Origin: Campylobacterota bacterium
GTDB lineage: Bacteria > Campylobacterota > Campylobacteria > Campylobacterales > Sulfurovaceae
DNA: 19,104 bases
NCBI GenBank assembly: GCA_034722955.1
Contig: JAYEOM010000036.1
Span: 1-19,104 of the forward strand
Direction: 5' to 3'
This document shows, in pieces, positions 15,795 to 19,104 of this stretch. Every line of letters begins with the position of its first letter. Positions within the stretch are counted from its first letter, which is position 1. Below the pieces are notes generated by a model. The model saw only the letters and a list, made by a program, of their open reading frames with translations. It did no database searches and had not been told where the DNA came from. Both the position numbers and the translations under genes were made by a program.

Positions 15795-18700
15795 GTGAAA
15801 ACACTACACAAGAAGCGTATTGATATTGGTATCCTTGCGATACTTCTGTTTTTGTCATTGGCGATTTTCTACTATGCGACGATGCAATATAGTAGATACC
15901 TTGATCTCTCCAAGAGTAGAGCAGATTTGAGCGTGCTGGAGGATTTAAATGGTTTTTTAGAGCATATAGATGAGGAGCGAAGGCTCTCATCGCTATTTAT
16001 TCTTAAAAGCAGTGATGATACAGTAGCTAGCAACCTCAACAGTATACGACAACTTGTTGACAAAGATTTGGATAAGTTACAAAAAAATGATGGAGGAGCA
16101 TTATCAAAAGGGTTTTTTGATAAATTTTCTACATTAAATGCAGTAAGAAACAAAATCAGCAAAAGAGAGATATCTTTTGATGAGTTATTTGCCCAGAGAT
16201 ATACAAAAGATTTTAGTTTTACTGTCATTAATGAGATCAATACAATCATCAAGAGTTTGGAGATCCAGCATAACAATGGGGGCTTCTATAATTCCATGAA
16301 AGCATTTAATTTAGATAAATATATTGCACTCAAAGATATTCAGTCAAACAGAGAGATACTAGATCTCTATTTAGAATTGATATTGATAGAAGAGAATATA
16401 GAGATGGAACGAGGATTTATATCTTTTCTACTCTATAAAGACACTCCATTTAGTGATAAAAATCTAGTGACTTGGAATAGTCAAATAAACAAAGATTATA
16501 TACCTAAGATTGGAAAATTAACTGACAATAATATAGTGGCTAAACTGGATATTCTCCTAGACCAAGACCTCTACTTTGCATCTATTGATGAGCAGAGATC
16601 TGATATTGTACTCTCCTCTATCAACGATAGATTATCAACCATCAACAAAGATAAATGGAACAACACAGCCAAGCAGAGAGTCGAAAAAATAACAAAAAGC
16701 ATCAATATACTCTCATTGAATATCAAAAATACAGTTTTAGAAAATATCTCTCAGATAAAAAAAGAGCTCTATATACTTGGTACTATTCTTATCCTTTTGC
16801 TTCTCATAATATTGGCACTCTACTTTAGATTTAGATCATCTACCAAAGATGAACATGGATTCAAAGAGGCAATAGAAGACATTAGATTAAATCTCAACCC
16901 ATCGCAACAAAATGAACTTAACGATATTATAAAAAAACAAAATAAGGTCAAAATATATAATTTTATGGCTGACACCATAGCCGAATCTAACCGATCAAAA
17001 GATCTATTTTTGGCTAACATGTCTCATGAAATCAGAACACCTCTCAATGGTATTTTGGGCTTTACGCAACTTCTTAAAAGTACTAAACTTACAGGGGAGC
17101 AGTTGGAATTTATAAAAATTATTGATAATAGCTCTAGCAACCTACTAGTTATAGTCAACGATATTTTGGACTTGGCAAAAATACAAGAGCAAAAAGTAGA
17201 GCTCGAATCTATAGAGTTTAACCCTTTTGATATATTTGAGTCCGCCATAGAGTCCTATGGTGCAAAAGCAGATGAAAAAAATATAAACCTGCAACTCTTT
17301 GTAGATCCACATATCAATACAACACTCAAAGGAGACCCGACAAAACTCACCCAAGTAGTTGTCAATCTCATCAGTAATGCTATCAAATTTACCCCTGAGG
17401 AGGGAGTAATAGATGTGAGAGTAGAGAAGATAAGCTCACAGGATGGATACTCCAATATCAGATTTGCAGTCAAAGATACAGGTATAGGTGTGAGCGAAGA
17501 GCAAAAAAAGAGCATATTCAAAGCATTCTCACAAGAGGATATATCTACAAGCCGTCAATATGGTGGCACAGGATTAGGCTTGACCATCTCCAAGAAGTTT
17601 ATTGATGCAATGGGTGGAGAGCTTGATATAGATAGTATCAAGGGTGAGGGATCGACCTTCTTTTTCGAGCTTCACCTGCCCGAAGTCTCCCCTATAGATG
17701 TGAATCAAAATAACCACCACATAGGGTTTTGTATGCCACACAATCAAAAGCAGATAAATGAGAGAGAAAATATCAAAAAATATATAGAGTATACAGGTGC
17801 AAAATACTCAGAGTATCTATCTATCGATAGCTTGTTGGAGTCTAATCATATGGAGCATCTTACACTCCTTTTTGTCCATAGTATTGATATGGAGGAGCTT
17901 GGTAAGATACCACAATCTGATATGAAGATCATACATATCTCCAAACTAGACAACTTTCGTGATAACAATCATCAATTCCCTCGTATTGATTCAGTCATAT
18001 ACAAGCCGATTAACTTTTCCAAAATTAAAAGAGGTATAGACATAAGTAAGAATTCAAACAATTTACTTATATCATCAAAAGATAGTTCACAATCCCTAGC
18101 CTTCGATAATCTCTCTATCCTCATAGCAGAAGACAATAAAATCAATCAAAAACTCATGGAGCATACACTCTCCAATCTCAAGATACAACTCACTATTGTA
18201 GAGAATGGTAAGGAGGCACTAGAGCAGAGAAAGAGCAACCACTATGACCTCATACTCATGGATATTCAAATGCCTGTGATGGATGGAGTAGAGGCTACAC
18301 ATAAAATACTAGAGTATGAAGAGCAAAATAACTTGCCACATACTCCTATAGTCGCACTCACTGCCAATAATATCAAAGGGGATAGAGAGAGACTGATGAG
18401 TGAAGGGATGGATGAGTTTTTACCAAAACCAATAGAGTTGAAGAAGATAGAGAGTATGCTCAAAGAGTATTTCCCCCAAAAGGTCTCAGCTTCAGAGTCT
18501 CGTATAGATATCATTCTTTGCAAAAATCAAAAAACTGATAATAAAATCTTTAAAGCACTCTTTGAGAGTATGGGGTATAGTGTCCATACAGCCGATGATT
18601 TCAATGACTATAGAGAGAAGATAGAGAGTACAAATTACAACTACTCCTTTGCTGACACATTTTTGTTTAATGAAGAGCCAATGCTCAAAAATATTTTGCA

Positions 18701-18839
18701 GACAAAAAATATCAAAAATGTTATCTTCGTCAATAAGTTTGAAGACTCAAAAACAATGAAATCACTACATGATTATGACAATATTATACCAGGCATTGCA
18801 GAAAAATCACTGATAGAGTACTACATGCAGAAGATATAA
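15795..18839 (+). CDS. Hybrid sensor histidine kinase (TM-NIT-like periplasmic domain-TM, HisKA, HATPase, receiver domains)
   Basis: GTG start after AGGAG. NIT-like DEERRLS and EMERGFI motifs; H-box FLANMSHEIRTPLNGI; N-box NLISNAIKFT; DTGIG and GGTGLGL; canonical receiver (AEDN, LMDIQMP, KP) flanked by two degenerate receiver-like regions. Confidence 0.93.
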   Translation: MKTLHKKRIDIGILAILLFLSLAIFYYATMQYSRYLDLSKSRADLSVLEDLNGFLEHIDEERRLSSLFILKSSDDTVASNLNSIRQLVDKDLDKLQKNDGGALSKGFFDKFSTLNAVRNKISKREISFDELFAQRYTKDFSFTVINEINTIIKSLEIQHNNGGFYNSMKAFNLDKYIALKDIQSNREILDLYLELILIEENIEMERGFISFLLYKDTPFSDKNLVTWNSQINKDYIPKIGKLTDNNIVAKLDILLDQDLYFASIDEQRSDIVLSSINDRLSTINKDKWNNTAKQRVEKITKSINILSLNIKNTVLENISQIKKELYILGTILILLLLIILALYFRFRSSTKDEHGFKEAIEDIRLNLNPSQQNELNDIIKKQNKVKIYNFMADTIAESNRSKDLFLANMSHEIRTPLNGILGFTQLLKSTKLTGEQLEFIKIIDNSSSNLLVIVNDILDLAKIQEQKVELESIEFNPFDIFESAIESYGAKADEKNINLQLFVDPHINTTLKGDPTKLTQVVVNLISNAIKFTPEEGVIDVRVEKISSQDGYSNIRFAVKDTGIGVSEEQKKSIFKAFSQEDISTSRQYGGTGLGLTISKKFIDAMGGELDIDSIKGEGSTFFFELHLPEVSPIDVNQNNHHIGFCMPHNQKQINERENIKKYIEYTGAKYSEYLSIDSLLESNHMEHLTLLFVHSIDMEELGKIPQSDMKIIHISKLDNFRDNNHQFPRIDSVIYKPINFSKIKRGIDISKNSNNLLISSKDSSQSLAFDNLSILIAEDNKINQKLMEHTLSNLKIQLTIVENGKEALEQRKSNHYDLILMDIQMPVMDGVEATHKILEYEEQNNLPHTPIVALTANNIKGDRERLMSEGMDEFLPKPIELKKIESMLKEYFPQKVSASESRIDIILCKNQKTDNKIFKALFESMGYSVHTADDFNDYREKIESTNYNYSFADTFLFNEEPMLKNILQTKNIKNVIFVNKFEDSKTMKSLHDYDNIIPGIAEKSLIEYYMQKI

Positions 18840-18864
18840 CTGTTACTGAATTGTTTCCAAAGAT

Positions 18865-18873
18865 TGCTACTAT
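18865..18873 (+). promoter_or_regulatory. Putative extended -10 promoter (TGcTACTAT)
   Basis: TGCTACTAT about 44 nt upstream of the ATG at 18918. Confidence 0.35.
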
Positions 18874-18917
18874 TTCATAGTTTAAAATCAAGTTCATTCG
18901 GACAAACAGGAGATTGC

Positions 18918-19104
18918 ATGAAGTTACTAAAACATACACTTAGAATATTTTTATTAATCGCTCTATCAATACATTTCGGATACAGCGAATCTATTCATCT
19001 CAAAGATGGCACATTTTTTGAGGCAAAGATAGACGCAGTCAAGAGTGGATACCATATTTTTGAGATACCAAAATCGCAAATTATCCAGATAAAATATAAA
19101 AGCA
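18918..19104 (+). CDS. Exported hypothetical protein, 5' part; runs off the window edge
   Basis: AGGAG SD then MKLLKHTLRIFLLIALSIHFGYSESIHLKDGTFFEAKIDAVKSGYHIFEIPKSQIIQIKYKS; signal peptide followed by an I.LKDG beta-hairpin; open to the end of the window. Confidence 0.75.
   Translation, partial: MKLLKHTLRIFLLIALSIHFGYSESIHLKDGTFFEAKIDAVKSGYHIFEIPKSQIIQIKYKS

Noticed and set aside
815..18523. Many short overlapping ORFs in the track (e.g. 815-1165, 5234-5749, 7809-8210, 10636-11094, 14057-14446, 15872-16276)
   Set aside because: They are antisense or alternate-frame shadows of well-supported genes, with no recognisable motifs.

Overview
Chromosomal window that looks like a Campylobacterota (Sulfurovum/Sulfurimonas-like) genome, judged from the pseB and bioC-secG-frr-pyrE gene content, TGnTATAAT-type promoters and a NIT-domain hybrid kinase. 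Conventional genes: 5' end of pseB, a DUF2721 membrane protein, radC, a HerA/FtsK-like ATPase, pyrE-frr-secG, a BioC-like methyltransferase, a secreted 48-aa-repeat protein, DoxX, an exported MsrB-MsrA, and a periplasmic helical-bundle protein plus hybrid histidine kinase. The most interesting element is a tightly coupled four-gene operon at 10015-14771: patatin-like phospholipase, caspase-like (C14) protease, an uncharacterised multidomain protein and a ComEC/Avs1a-like metallo-beta-lactamase-fold nuclease. It is a candidate protease-activated, two-effector anti-phage or cell-death system. The MBL carries the pentapeptide LESLG twice in probable loops (candidate cleavage sites), and the caspase C-terminus and the partner N-terminus share a PEGA-like beta domain. 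Other oddities: a membrane protein that is a circularly permuted acyl carrier protein split at the phosphopantetheine serine, a 113-bp IS4-like MITE, a perfectly palindromic bidirectional promoter and a tandem repeat in the SecG tail. All family assignments come from motif recognition by eye; no database searches were run.
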